Notes: a model not told the origin generated them from the sequence alone. Numbered from the stretch's first letter, positions 29,630-39,780 are shown. The stretch: DNA of 64,000 bases from Arcobacteraceae bacterium (GCA_023229945.1 JALNYH010000002.1:21548-85547), one strand, 5' to 3'. Numbers and translations are program-made.

Positions 29630-30859
29630 ATGAAACATTTAATCCTTTTTATGATTTTTTGTACTGCTATATTTGCATCACCTTTGCAAGAAGCTATCAA
29701 CAAAGCTCCAAGTGGGGCAAAGATTGTACTTCAAAGTGGTGAATATCATGGCAATATTGTTATTGATAAACCTCTAACTATTGATGGCATTGACAAAAGT
29801 GCTCATATAGTAGGTGATGGAACAGCATCAGTGATAACCATAAAAAGTTCAAATGTTGTTATAGAAAATCTTACTATTCGAGGAAGCGGTGAGAGTTACG
29901 AAAAAATTGATAGTGCAATAGTTGCACTTGATTCAAGTAATCTAACGATAAAAAACAATCATATTGAAGATGCTCTTTTTGGAATAGATTTCCAACAAGT
30001 GAATAGATCAATAATAATAGATAACTATATTACATCTAAAAAGTTTGATTTAGGATTAAGAGGTGATGGTATTAGACTGTGGTATGCACATGATAATCAA
30101 ATATTAAAAAATCATATCCATAAATCAAGAGACTTTGTTGTGTGGTATTCTAGTGGAAATATTATTGAAGATAACCATGGTAGCTACAATAGATACTCTT
30201 TACATTTTATGTATGCTGGTAGAAATATGGTGAGAAACAACCTTTTTGAACATAGTTCTGTTGGAATATTTTTTATGTATAGTAGTGGTACTACCGCTAT
30301 TAATAATACTATTAGAAATTCTATTGGTGCGTTTGGAGTTGGGATTGGTATGAAAGATAGTTCAAATTTTACACTTTTGGATAATACTATCATTTACAAT
30401 GCTAGAGGTCTTTATATAGACCAATCACCTTTTCAACCAGGTACTATAAATAGATACGAAAGAAATAAAATTTTGTATAACTCAAGTGGTGTTCAATTTC
30501 AAGTTTCAAGAGAAAAAAGTATATTTCATGAAAATATCATACAAGGCAATATGGAGCCAATTGTAAATGATTCTCCTAGAAATAACTTAGAATTGAATGT
30601 TTGGAATAGAAACTATTGGGATACATATGAAGGCTTTGATAGAAATTCAGATGGTGTAGGAGATATTCCATTTGAACACTATGCATATGCTGATAAATTA
30701 TGGCTTTATAATCCAAATATAAAGTTCTTTTATGGTTCAGTAGTTATGGATTTGTTAAATTTTTTATCAAAAATAGCACCATTCTCACAGCCTGATTTAT
30801 TGGCTCGTGATAATAAACCCTTAATGGAGTGGAAACTTGAAAACAACGAACAATACTAG
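29630..30859 (+). CDS. nosD: NosD, periplasmic parallel beta-helix protein
   Basis: 409 aa. Signal peptide and repeated beta-helix motifs (NLTI.NN.I, G...). Cluster context. Confidence 0.85.
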   Translation: MKHLILFMIFCTAIFASPLQEAINKAPSGAKIVLQSGEYHGNIVIDKPLTIDGIDKSAHIVGDGTASVITIKSSNVVIENLTIRGSGESYEKIDSAIVALDSSNLTIKNNHIEDALFGIDFQQVNRSIIIDNYITSKKFDLGLRGDGIRLWYAHDNQILKNHIHKSRDFVVWYSSGNIIEDNHGSYNRYSLHFMYAGRNMVRNNLFEHSSVGIFFMYSSGTTAINNTIRNSIGAFGVGIGMKDSSNFTLLDNTIIYNARGLYIDQSPFQPGTINRYERNKILYNSSGVQFQVSREKSIFHENIIQGNMEPIVNDSPRNNLELNVWNRNYWDTYEGFDRNSDGVGDIPFEHYAYADKLWLYNPNIKFFYGSVVMDLLNFLSKIAPFSQPDLLARDNKPLMEWKLENNEQY

Positions 30860-31562
30860 AAGAAAATTTATAAAAATTAGTGCTGGAACACTTTTTTTTG
30901 GATCACTTCTTGGTGGTGGTGCATATTTAGCACCAAAGCTAAATTCGAATTCATTGCTATTGAGACCACCTGGAGCTATTGATGAAAAAGACTTTTTGGC
31001 GACTTGTATAAAATGTGGACAATGTGTTCAAGTATGTCCTTATCATTCTTTACATCTTTTGGATATAGGCAATGGTAATAGTGTAGGTACGCCATATCTT
31101 GACGCAAGAGATAGAGGATGTTATCTTTGTGACTTACTTCCTTGTGTACTAGCTTGTCCTAGTGGCTCACTAAATCATGATATTACAGAAGCTCATCAAG
31201 TCGAGATGGGAATGGCAATACTAAAAAGACCAGATAGATGTCTAGCAATGCTTGGTAAAAATGTAGAAATTGAAGATATTGAAGGAATTTTAACCCATTC
31301 AAACAAAAATGAAAGAGAAGCAAAGGTTTTGGATGATTTAAAAAGTTATGTTGGAAAACCATGTACTATATGTGCAGACCTTTGTCCTTACCCAGAAAAC
31401 GAAAAAGCAATAGGTATGGTTCAAGATAAAAATGGCAAATGGTATCCAGAAGTTAGAAGTGAATGTGTAGGGTGTGGAGTTTGTGAAGAACTTTGCCCTG
31501 CAAAAGGAGAAGCTGCAATTGTGATAGTACCAAGAGCAACTTATACGGAGGTGTATGGATGA
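30837..31562 (+). CDS. nosG: NosG, NapG-like Tat-exported poly-ferredoxin
   Basis: TTG start. Twin-arginine TRRKFIK. Four Fe-S motifs (CIKCGQCVQVCP, CYLCDLLPCVLACP, CTICADLCP, CVGCGVCEELCP). Confidence 0.8.
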   Translation: MKTTNNTRRKFIKISAGTLFFGSLLGGGAYLAPKLNSNSLLLRPPGAIDEKDFLATCIKCGQCVQVCPYHSLHLLDIGNGNSVGTPYLDARDRGCYLCDLLPCVLACPSGSLNHDITEAHQVEMGMAILKRPDRCLAMLGKNVEIEDIEGILTHSNKNEREAKVLDDLKSYVGKPCTICADLCPYPENEKAIGMVQDKNGKWYPEVRSECVGCGVCEELCPAKGEAAIVIVPRATYTEVYG

Positions 31563-32101
31563 GATATTTTATTTTTTTAACAGCATTAATATTGTTGATA
31601 AGTGGTTGTGGCGAGAAAGAGAAAAAAGAAGAAACTAAAGTTGTAGAACAACCAAAAGTTACTCCACAAATTGAGATTATTGAAAATGGTACAAAAATTG
31701 AGACTGAAAGCCCTTTTGTATCATATGATATAGATGGAAATAGAGTCATTAGGATAGCACCAGATGGGGAAGAAACAGCACTTACAAAACAAATAGGTGC
31801 ATTAGCAACTATCAAAAATAATTATGAAAACTTAAATGCTAAGATTTTGTCACAAAGACTTAGTAAAAACTATATAGTTAAATGTTCAGCTTGTCATGAT
31901 GACTATGCAAATGGAGTAGTTGGACCATCGTTATTAGATAAAAGTGCTGAAGAAATATTTGATAAAATAAAAGCATATCAAGACTTAACAAAAGTAAATG
32001 TTTTGATGAAATATTTAGTTTCACAAATGGAAGATGAAGAGATAAAATCTTTAGCAAAAGAAATAGCAGATTTAAATTCAGAAGTAAGGGAGAACAGATG
32101 A
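31559..32101 (+). CDS. nosC1: NosC1, lipoprotein-type monoheme cytochrome c
   Basis: Start moved to MRYFIFLTALILLISGC (ATGA overlap with nosG, GGAGG RBS). CSACH. Confidence 0.7.
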   Translation: MRYFIFLTALILLISGCGEKEKKEETKVVEQPKVTPQIEIIENGTKIETESPFVSYDIDGNRVIRIAPDGEETALTKQIGALATIKNNYENLNAKILSQRLSKNYIVKCSACHDDYANGVVGPSLLDKSAEEIFDKIKAYQDLTKVNVLMKYLVSQMEDEEIKSLAKEIADLNSEVRENR

Positions 32102-32541
32102 GTATAGGAAAAATTATTGGACTTGTATTAGGCGGTTTGGTTGTAGTTTTAATGGTTTATGTTATGTCTCAAGGAGGTAGCAAAACACCAGTTACAAGTA
32201 AGTTTGAAGAACAGGTAAAACCAAAAGTTCAAGAAGTAAAAGTTGAAGAAAAAAGCGAAGAAGAAGTAGTTTTAGATGATCTAAAAAAACAAGCTGGAGT
32301 TAATCTAGACCAAAAAGTTAGCCAACTTTATACACTTAGATGTTCTTCTTGTCATGGAAAAGTTGGAGAAGGTACCAAAGTAGGACCTAGTATCAGCGGT
32401 AAATCACAAGATTATATATTATCAAAACTTGATGATTATAAAAATGACCGTGTAGTAAATTCTTTGATGAAAGGTTTATTAAATAATATTTCAGATGAAG
32501 AAGTCAAGTCACTAGCAGAAGAAATCTCAAAATTTAATTAG
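32098..32541 (+). CDS. nosC2: NosC2, membrane-anchored monoheme cytochrome c
   Basis: 147 aa, TM anchor, CSSCH. The C-terminal region is paralogous to NosC1 (EE(I/V)KSLA(K/E)EI). Confidence 0.7.
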   Translation: MSIGKIIGLVLGGLVVVLMVYVMSQGGSKTPVTSKFEEQVKPKVQEVKVEEKSEEEVVLDDLKKQAGVNLDQKVSQLYTLRCSSCHGKVGEGTKVGPSISGKSQDYILSKLDDYKNDRVVNSLMKGLLNNISDEEVKSLAEEISKFN

Positions 32542-32549
32542 AGGCAAAA

Positions 32550-33443
32550 ATGGATAAATATAATACAAGAGCTACAATAGAAGCAACACCATTTTTTGAT
32601 ACTTTTGTCACAACCACAAAAGATGGAAAGAAGAAATTGGGCATAAGATTTTATAGATGGGCTAGTGTCATCTCTATACATTTACTGTTTTTTTTATCTT
32701 ATTATATTGACTTACAAATGCTAGAAGGGACTCTTAGTGGCTCAAGGTTTTTAGGGTTTCATCTAATTGACCCTTTTATGACATTTCAAGTATTTGCAGC
32801 TCATCATCAAATGCCTATCAATTTACTTATAGGTACTATTACAATTGTTGTTGTCTACCTTTTGATTGGTGGGAGAGCTTATTGTTCGTGGGTTTGTCCA
32901 TATACGATAATAGGTGAAATTGGTGAGAAAATTCATAGAAAACTGGCAAAAGCCAATATTATCAAATCATATGAATTTGACCATAGAATTAAATATATTT
33001 TTTGGTCAATATTCTTAGCTTTGGCATTTATTAGTGGATATTTGATTTTTGAGATATTCAATATTGTAGGAATCATCAGCCGTGCTATCATCTATGGATG
33101 GAGTGTTGCTTTGTCTTTGGTTTTGGCAGTTTTTTTGGTAGAAGTATTTTTTTCTCAAAGAGCATGGTGTAGATATGTATGCCCTATTGGTACAACTTAT
33201 GGTTTTATTGGATGGCCTAGTGCAACAAAAGTTGTTTGGGATGATAGTTGTGACCACTGTAGGGTATGTATTGATGTATGTATAGTTCCTCATGTACTAG
33301 AAATTGTGAAGAAAAATGCTGATACTCAAGGTAAAAGTGAACTAGCAATTATCTCAGGTGATTGTACACTTTGTGGAAGATGTATAGAGGTGTGTCATCA
33401 AGATGCACTTAGATATGATACTAAATTAAAGAAGTTAATATGA
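32550..33443 (+). CDS. nosH: NosH, NapH-like membrane-bound Fe-S protein
   Basis: 297 aa. TM helices with CSWVCP and CRYVCP, C-terminal CDHCRVCIDVC and CTLCGRCIEVC. Confidence 0.8.
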   Translation: MDKYNTRATIEATPFFDTFVTTTKDGKKKLGIRFYRWASVISIHLLFFLSYYIDLQMLEGTLSGSRFLGFHLIDPFMTFQVFAAHHQMPINLLIGTITIVVVYLLIGGRAYCSWVCPYTIIGEIGEKIHRKLAKANIIKSYEFDHRIKYIFWSIFLALAFISGYLIFEIFNIVGIISRAIIYGWSVALSLVLAVFLVEVFFSQRAWCRYVCPIGTTYGFIGWPSATKVVWDDSCDHCRVCIDVCIVPHVLEIVKKNADTQGKSELAIISGDCTLCGRCIEVCHQDALRYDTKLKKLI

Positions 33444-34078
33444 TAGAAGTAAAAGAACTAACCAAAAAATTTGGAGATCAAATCTCATTGGATAGCGTTT
33501 CACTAAAGTTTGAAGAAAATGATAGTGCGATAGTAATGGGACAAAATGGTGCTGGTAAAACTACACTTGTAAGATCTATTTTAGGAGAATATATACCATC
33601 AAGTGGTAGCGTATCTATAGATGGTTATAATCCTTTCAAAAATAGAGAAGAAGCTCTCAAAAATATTGGATTTGTTCCTCAACTTCCACCACCTATTAAA
33701 CTAAGTGTTAGAGAATTAATCCACTATGCAGTCGTTTCAAGTGGCTCAAACAAAGACACAATAGTAAATCTTTGTGAAAAAATGGATTTAGATATAAAAT
33801 CAAACTTTAATAAGTTGTTTTTCAAACTCTCTGGTGGTATGAAACAAAAACTTCTTATTTCTATTGCTTTATCAAGAAATCCAAAGATTTTTATCTTTGA
33901 TGAACCAACGGCAAACTTAGACCCAAAAGGGAGAGAAAGTTTTTATTCATTATTAGATGACTTCAAACATGACAGAATTATGATTTTTATAAGTCATAGG
34001 ATTGAAGAAGTAAATCATATTGTAAATCGTAGGATTGAGATGGATTTAGGAAAGGTGATATTAGATGAAAAAATTTAG
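33440..34078 (+). CDS. nosF: NosF ABC transporter ATPase
   Basis: 212 aa. GQNGAGKTT, LSGGMKQK, IFIFDEPT. Confidence 0.85.
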   Translation: MIEVKELTKKFGDQISLDSVSLKFEENDSAIVMGQNGAGKTTLVRSILGEYIPSSGSVSIDGYNPFKNREEALKNIGFVPQLPPPIKLSVRELIHYAVVSSGSNKDTIVNLCEKMDLDIKSNFNKLFFKLSGGMKQKLLISIALSRNPKIFIFDEPTANLDPKGRESFYSLLDDFKHDRIMIFISHRIEEVNHIVNRRIEMDLGKVILDEKI

Positions 34079-34496
34079 TTTATTAGCACTTATTTTTGCT
34101 TTATTCTTTATAGGGTGTGATAGCAAAATTGATTTATCCCCAAAAGAAGTAAAATGGGATAGAGAAATTTGTGAAAGATGCAAAATGATTATTAGTGATA
34201 GATTATATGCAGCTCAAATAATCAATCCACAAAATGGCAAAAGATACTATTATGATGATATCGGATGTACTATTTTATGGTTTGACGAAGAAAAAATCAC
34301 TTGGGAAAAAGAAGCTGTAATATATGTAACAGATGCAAGTAGTGGAAAATGGATAGATGCAAAAAAAGCTTATTGGACTTATGGCAAAGTAACTCCAATG
34401 GATTTTGGTTTTTCAGCATATGAGACAGAACAAGCTGGAACAACAAACCATAAATATGACTATGTAAGAGACCATGTACTAGGAAAACCACAATGA
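34065..34496 (+). CDS. nosL: NosL copper chaperone lipoprotein
   Basis: 143 aa. Lipobox LFFIGC, CERCKM metal motif. Lies between nosF and nosY. Confidence 0.75.
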   Translation: MKKFSLLALIFALFFIGCDSKIDLSPKEVKWDREICERCKMIISDRLYAAQIINPQNGKRYYYDDIGCTILWFDEEKITWEKEAVIYVTDASSGKWIDAKKAYWTYGKVTPMDFGFSAYETEQAGTTNHKYDYVRDHVLGKPQ

Positions 34497-35320
34497 AAAA
34501 CTTATTTCTAATTTTTACAACAGATATCAAAGAGTCCTTGAGATCAAAATGGTTTTTATCATACAGCCTTATTTTTGGTGGTATTGTGGCACTATTTTTT
34601 ATCTCAGGTATCACAGAATCAAGGATACAAGGCTTTAGTGGACTAAGTAGACTTTTACTTATATTTATAGAAATTTGTATTGTAATATTACCTATTTTTA
34701 TCCTTGTAAGTACTGTACGAACCATAGCAGCAGATAGAGATAGTAATGTCTTGGAATATCTTTTGTCATTTCCAATTTCGCTAAAGGATTATTTCTTTGG
34801 GAGATTTTTGGGAAGATTATTTAGTGTAACCATACCTATATTTGGAGCATTAATTTTGGCTCTTGTTTGGGGAGTTATAAAAGGTGTAGATGTTCCTTGG
34901 GGTATCTTTTTTTACTATATGGCTTTGATTTTTGCTATAAATGTGAATTTCTTAGGATTTAGTTTCTTTATATCTTCAATTGTCAAAACACAAGAAGTTG
35001 CACTTGGATTCGCTTTTTTCCTATGGCTAGCCCTTTTGGCTTTTATTGATATTTTACTAATAGGTTTGCTTACAAAAGAGTTTGCAAATGCAGAATTGAT
35101 TTTTTCTATAGCACTTAGCAATCCTTTACAAGTTTTTAGACTTGGTGCAATATCACTATTTGACCCAGAACTAGCTGTAATTGGACCATCGGCATATTTT
35201 ATTTTGGATGAATTTGGAAAAGAGTTTTTCTCTTATTATGCAGTGATATATCCTATTATATTAGGTGTTATTTTTGCACTTTTAGGATTTTTAGCATTTA
35301 AAAAGAAAGATTTAGTGTAA
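34493..35320 (+). CDS. nosY: NosY ABC-2 type permease
   Basis: 275 aa, six TM. Overlaps the nosL stop. Confidence 0.8.
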   Translation: MKNLFLIFTTDIKESLRSKWFLSYSLIFGGIVALFFISGITESRIQGFSGLSRLLLIFIEICIVILPIFILVSTVRTIAADRDSNVLEYLLSFPISLKDYFFGRFLGRLFSVTIPIFGALILALVWGVIKGVDVPWGIFFYYMALIFAINVNFLGFSFFISSIVKTQEVALGFAFFLWLALLAFIDILLIGLLTKEFANAELIFSIALSNPLQVFRLGAISLFDPELAVIGPSAYFILDEFGKEFFSYYAVIYPIILGVIFALLGFLAFKKKDLV

Positions 35321-35328
35321 AAGAAGTT

Positions 35329-35363
35329 CTGAGGTACTGAGCAAGAAAAACTCAGCACCTCAG
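35329..35363 (+). terminator. 13-bp hairpin after nosY
   Basis: ctgaggtactgag / ctcagcacctcag (one mismatch), loop caagaaaaa. The left arm can alternatively pair with gtacctca at 35363..35370. Confidence 0.5.
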
Positions 35364-35393
35364 TACCTCAAATAATTAAAAAGGAGTTTTAAG

Positions 35394-35867
35394 ATGAGAA
35401 TTTTAGTTGTATTGGCGTTAGTTGCAAGTTTTGTTTTTTCAGCTATTACCAATTTTGTAGGGCTTGGATATGATGATTTGAATATCAAATCAACTACTGT
35501 TTGCCCAGTCAAAGGGGTAACATTAGAAAAAAATAGAGATTTTATAGGTGTAGTTTTATATACAGATGGTGCTTATGAAATAGCAAGTTCACCAAAATAT
35601 ACATTTCAAACTTCTTTTGTAGCTATAAAAGAAGGTAAAACTGTAAAAGATATATTTTTGACTGATTACAAAACCAAAAAATTAATAAATGCAAAAGATG
35701 CGTATTATGTTTTTGGAAGTACTCTTATGAGTGTAGGTGGAGATGATATTATCCCTTTTATTAGTGAAAATGATGCAAATGAGTTTTTCGCAAAGAACAA
35801 AGGTAAAAAAATCTTCAGAATCGATAGAATGAATGAAAACTTTATTAACTATTTAGATATGAGATGA
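35394..35867 (+). CDS. NosL-family-like periplasmic protein (second copy, lacks the CxxC-M motif)
   Basis: 157 aa. Signal peptide. The YYVFGSTLMSVGGDDIIPFISENDANEFFAKNKGK region resembles the NosL C-terminal fold. CPVKG replaces a metal motif. Confidence 0.5.
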   Translation: MRILVVLALVASFVFSAITNFVGLGYDDLNIKSTTVCPVKGVTLEKNRDFIGVVLYTDGAYEIASSPKYTFQTSFVAIKEGKTVKDIFLTDYKTKKLINAKDAYYVFGSTLMSVGGDDIIPFISENDANEFFAKNKGKKIFRIDRMNENFINYLDMR

Positions 35868-36133
35868 AAACAGTAACAAATTTTTTTAGATTAAATATCG
35901 CATTTTTATTGCTAATAGTTGTGTTGATTGGGCATAGTATATATTTATCAAATACTATGCCTCGTCTTACACACCTTACACAACAAACAGGTTTGATAGG
36001 CAATGCCTACCAAAATAATACACTTTACTTTAGACATTTTGAATATAGTGATTATTTTAGTGGCCATTTTTACTATCCATCAAGTCCTTTGCTAGAAAGC
36101 GAAGCATTTATTTATAAAGGTGTTTTAAAATGA
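35864..36133 (+). CDS. hypothetical single-TM protein
   Basis: 89 aa. Overlapping stops/starts with neighbours suggest operon membership. Confidence 0.4.
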   Translation: MKTVTNFFRLNIAFLLLIVVLIGHSIYLSNTMPRLTHLTQQTGLIGNAYQNNTLYFRHFEYSDYFSGHFYYPSSPLLESEAFIYKGVLK

Positions 36134-37314
36134 ATTTAAAGCTTTTAAATTATTCACTAACTTCTATTTTAAGAAAAAAGAACAAAAATTTAATCCTCTT
36201 TTTTGGGTTATTATTTTCATTGACTTTGCTTATATCATCACTTTTTACATCTTTTTCTATCAAATCTATGGTATTAAGTGATATTTCGTCTCTACCAGAA
36301 ATTACTGTCCAAAAAGTCTTAGGTGGAAGAACTGAACAAATAGAAATTGATAGAATTTATGAAATCCAAAAAATAAGAGGAATAAGTAGCGTAAAAGAAA
36401 GAGTCTGGGGATATTACTTTTTCCCACATAGACGACTAAGCAATGGTGGGGTAAATTTTTCTATAGTTGGCGTTGATTTGTATTTGGATGAATACAATCA
36501 AACACTCACAAACCTAACCCAAAAATATCATGATATCTTAAATAGCGACAAGCTACTTCTTGGTAAAGAAGCTATGGAGACTATTAAACTAGGCTATTTT
36601 GAAGATTTTTTTGATTTTTATACCCCTGATGGCAAAAAAACAAGAGTCCCAATAGGGGAAGTTGTAGAAGAATTAGTAGGATTTGAAGCTAGTAGTACTT
36701 TGATAGTTTCTCAAGATTTAGGTAGAGAAATTCTGGGTTTAAATGATGGCTATGCTACGGATATTGTAGTAAAAGTCCCAAATGATGCTGAAATAGACAA
36801 TATAAAAGACCAAATTATAAGACTTTATCCTGATACTAGAGTGATCACAAAAGATGATATCCATTCAGCTTATAATGCTATGTTTGACTTCAAAGGTGGT
36901 TTTTTCTTGGCACTTTTTGTCATCTCTTCATTTGCTCTATTTTTGCTTATTTTTGAAAAATCAAGTGGTTTGGGTGAACTAGAAAAAAGAGAAATTGCAA
37001 CTTTGAGAGCTATTGGCTGGAGAATCAATGATATTATCAAAGTCAAATTTATAGAACATTTTATTTTAGTTTTTAGTGCCACGATTAGCTCTATTATTGC
37101 TTCGTATATAATAGTATTTATTTTTGATGCACCGCTTATAAAAGAGATATTTTTCAGTTCAAATGAAGCATCACCTCCTTTTACTATGATACCAAATATA
37201 GAACTTCTAAGTATTTTGGGAATCATCGCAATTACTTTGATTTTATACCTTGCATTAGTTCTTATTCCAATTTGGAAAAGTGCAATAATTGACCCAAGTG
37301 AGAGTTTAAAATGA
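36130..37314 (+). CDS. FtsX/MacB-like ABC transporter permease
   Basis: 394 aa. N-terminal TM, large periplasmic domain, C-terminal 3-TM FtsX-like block. Confidence 0.7.
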   Translation: MNLKLLNYSLTSILRKKNKNLILFFGLLFSLTLLISSLFTSFSIKSMVLSDISSLPEITVQKVLGGRTEQIEIDRIYEIQKIRGISSVKERVWGYYFFPHRRLSNGGVNFSIVGVDLYLDEYNQTLTNLTQKYHDILNSDKLLLGKEAMETIKLGYFEDFFDFYTPDGKKTRVPIGEVVEELVGFEASSTLIVSQDLGREILGLNDGYATDIVVKVPNDAEIDNIKDQIIRLYPDTRVITKDDIHSAYNAMFDFKGGFFLALFVISSFALFLLIFEKSSGLGELEKREIATLRAIGWRINDIIKVKFIEHFILVFSATISSIIASYIIVFIFDAPLIKEIFFSSNEASPPFTMIPNIELLSILGIIAITLILYLALVLIPIWKSAIIDPSESLK

Positions 37315-37985
37315 TAAAACTACAACATATTTACAAAATTTACGAAGATGAACATGCAAAACATGATGCGTTAAATGATATCAATTTAGAAATACTTGAA
37401 GGTGAATGTGTACTCTTAAGAGGACATAGTGGAAGTGGCAAAAGTACACTTTTATCACTAATTGCTGGTATTTTAAAGCCAACAAAAGGATTATTAGAAG
37501 TTGATGGAGTAAGTCTTTCAAAAGTACCTGATGATGCAGCTACACTTTTTCGAAGAGAACACATTGGAAATATATTCCAAAAATACAACTTAATAGAAGA
37601 TTTGACAGTTTTGGACAATATCATTACCCCTTTGATTCCTACAGATTTATCATACTCAGATGTGTTGAAACTAGCAGATGAAGCACTAGAAATTGCAAAT
37701 ATATCACACAAGAAATATAATCTTGCCAAAAAGCTTTCAGGTGGAGAGCAACAAAGATGTGCGATAGCCAGAGCCATAGTAAACAAACCAAAAATTATCC
37801 TAGCAGATGAACCAAGTGCAAATTTGGATTTAAATCTTACTATGGAGTTTATTGAAGAGATGAAAAAACTAAAAAGCCATAATAAAACAATCATCATAGC
37901 AAGTCATGATGATTTACTTTTTCAGAGTAAAATTTTTACAAAAATCATAGTATTAGACAAAGGAAAAATAAGTGATATTAACTAG
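37311..37985 (+). CDS. ABC transporter ATP-binding protein (LolD/MacB-type)
   Basis: 224 aa. GHSGSGKST, LSGGEQQR, ILADEPS. Confidence 0.88.
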   Translation: MIKLQHIYKIYEDEHAKHDALNDINLEILEGECVLLRGHSGSGKSTLLSLIAGILKPTKGLLEVDGVSLSKVPDDAATLFRREHIGNIFQKYNLIEDLTVLDNIITPLIPTDLSYSDVLKLADEALEIANISHKKYNLAKKLSGGEQQRCAIARAIVNKPKIILADEPSANLDLNLTMEFIEEMKKLKSHNKTIIIASHDDLLFQSKIFTKIIVLDKGKISDIN

Positions 37986-38943
37986 TGGTACTATATCGTA
38001 CTTAGGGAGCAATATTGCCCTTTTTGCACTTTCTAGTGTGGCTTTTATTGGTGCATTGAAAATACTAAAAAGTTGGAATTTTGACTCAACTACCAATTTA
38101 CAATACTCCAATGAAAAACAAAGCTTTTTAATCTCCACAATAATCAATTTTTTGCTTATTGTCAAAATCATACTATCTTTTTATCTTCTTTATTTGATAG
38201 ATTCTCTTGTCCCTTTTATTAAAGCTGCTATGTGTGGAGTAGGAGTTATCAATGCCACACATTTTGGTTGGGAACTTTTGACATTAAAAATAGTTTTACT
38301 TATACTCTTTGGTCTTTGGATTGGTACAGATAAAACAGATATGAAAGCATCAAACTATCCATATTTGAAATTCAAATTCAAATTTTTTATTCTAATCTAT
38401 ATTTTGATGATAGTAGAGCTTATCTTAGATTTAAATACAGTTGTAGGACTTGACACCCAAAAAGTGGTAAGTTGCTGTTCTATAACTTTTTCAAATACAA
38501 ATCAAGTTGGCTCTTTATTCTCACTATCTCCACAAAGTGTTGGGCTAGTACTTGCTATTGTTTTTAGTTTATACCTCATATCTGGTATTTTTGCATTATT
38601 CAAAGAAAAAGCAACAATCTTTTTTGGTGCTATATCTATTATATTGATTTATGTTGGATTACTAGCTCTTATTTATACATTTTCCCCTTATGTGTATGAA
38701 TTACCAACTCATACTTGCCCTTTTTGTTTGATACAAAAAGAATATCACTATATTGGGTATTTTTTCTATATTTCTCTTATTTTTGGGTGTTTCTTTGGTA
38801 TCAAAAGTGGCTTTAGTTATTTATTTCTAAATACAAGAAATAAAAAAGATATTTTGATTTCAATAATCCTAATTTCAATCTTCCTACTTCTAGGACTTTA
38901 CTATGTTCTTGGCTATTTTCTCAAAAATGGTGTTTGGCTATAA
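37972..38943 (+). CDS. polytopic membrane protein with conserved-looking Cys motifs
   Basis: 323 aa (GTG start, uncertain), about 8 TM. Cys motifs MCGVG, SCCS and HTCPFC. No family recognised. Confidence 0.45.
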   Translation: MILTSGTISYLGSNIALFALSSVAFIGALKILKSWNFDSTTNLQYSNEKQSFLISTIINFLLIVKIILSFYLLYLIDSLVPFIKAAMCGVGVINATHFGWELLTLKIVLLILFGLWIGTDKTDMKASNYPYLKFKFKFFILIYILMIVELILDLNTVVGLDTQKVVSCCSITFSNTNQVGSLFSLSPQSVGLVLAIVFSLYLISGIFALFKEKATIFFGAISIILIYVGLLALIYTFSPYVYELPTHTCPFCLIQKEYHYIGYFFYISLIFGCFFGIKSGFSYLFLNTRNKKDILISIILISIFLLLGLYYVLGYFLKNGVWL

Positions 38944-38973
38944 TCCTTATTTATAAATTCATTTTATAATTCA

Positions 38974-38987
38974 TTGACTATTGTCAA
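38974..38987 (+). promoter_or_regulatory. FNR/DNR-type box TTGAC-TATT-GTCAA (autoregulatory position)
   Basis: Centre 38980.5. TAGAAT at 39010..39015, 29.5 nt from the centre. The palindrome extends to ttcattgac...gtcaatgaa. Confidence 0.7.
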
Positions 38988-39096
38988 TGAATTTAAGAAA
39001 TAATTACTGTAGAATTCAATATGGTTTTTAAGAGGTGTTGCAATAGTTATAAATTTATTTGTAATTATTATTGGCTTATACATGGAGGTGTTTGAA

Positions 39097-39768
39097 ATGT
39101 TGCGTAAATATTTAAAAGAGTTTTTTACAAGCTTCTCATCAGAAATGATTGACAAAGTTATTGACATGTCTTATTTTAGTAAACTAAATAAAGATAATAT
39201 CTTATTTTACGAAGGTGATGAACCAAAATACCTATATCTAATAGTTGAAGGGGTTGCATCAGTATACAAAACATACGAAGATGGCTCAACCCAAGTATTA
39301 AAATATTTTTATCCACTAAGTCTAATAGCAGAACTTGCAAATATCCAGAATATTCCATATCCAGCAAGTTGTAGATGTGAAGAAGACTCTAAATTTGTTG
39401 TTATAGATTATGAAAAATACCAAAAGAACTTTTCAACCAATCCACTAACTTCCAATAATGCCGCAACACTATTACTTCATTCTATTGCATCAAAGCTATA
39501 TTTTCATATCAATGAAAACAACCTAAGACCTATGAAGAATATCTCCATTATACAAAGAATTTCTGGTATGTTACTACAAGATTGTGACTACCTAAATCGC
39601 ACAAAAAGGTGGAAAGTTGCACAAGATTTATGTATATCTTCTGAGACACTCTCAAGAAATCTAAAAAAACTAAAATCCTTAAAAGCCATCAAAATTGAAA
39701 AAACTAAAATAACTGTTTTAGATGAAAATATTTTAGAAGCCATCATACAAGGGAATACTATAGAATAA
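39097..39768 (+). CDS. Crp/Fnr-family transcriptional regulator (second paralogue)
   Basis: Start moved to MLRKYLKEFF (ATG 39097, GGAGG 8 nt upstream). HTH with SETLSR. No FNR Cys cluster. Confidence 0.8.
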   Translation: MLRKYLKEFFTSFSSEMIDKVIDMSYFSKLNKDNILFYEGDEPKYLYLIVEGVASVYKTYEDGSTQVLKYFYPLSLIAELANIQNIPYPASCRCEEDSKFVVIDYEKYQKNFSTNPLTSNNAATLLLHSIASKLYFHINENNLRPMKNISIIQRISGMLLQDCDYLNRTKRWKVAQDLCISSETLSRNLKKLKSLKAIKIEKTKITVLDENILEAIIQGNTIE

Positions 39769-39780
39769 CAAATCATAAAG

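Noticed and set aside
37340-37897. 185-aa minus-strand ORF, and similar antisense ORFs (e.g. 1934..2230, 3415..3633, 13029..13403, 13549..13890, 31453..31815, 34297..34725, 36870..37226, 50715..51083, 54182..54628, 63501..63908)
   Set aside because: All lie fully inside, and antisense to, genes with strong family motifs. They have low-complexity, AT-codon-driven compositions and no RBS, which is typical of shadow ORFs.
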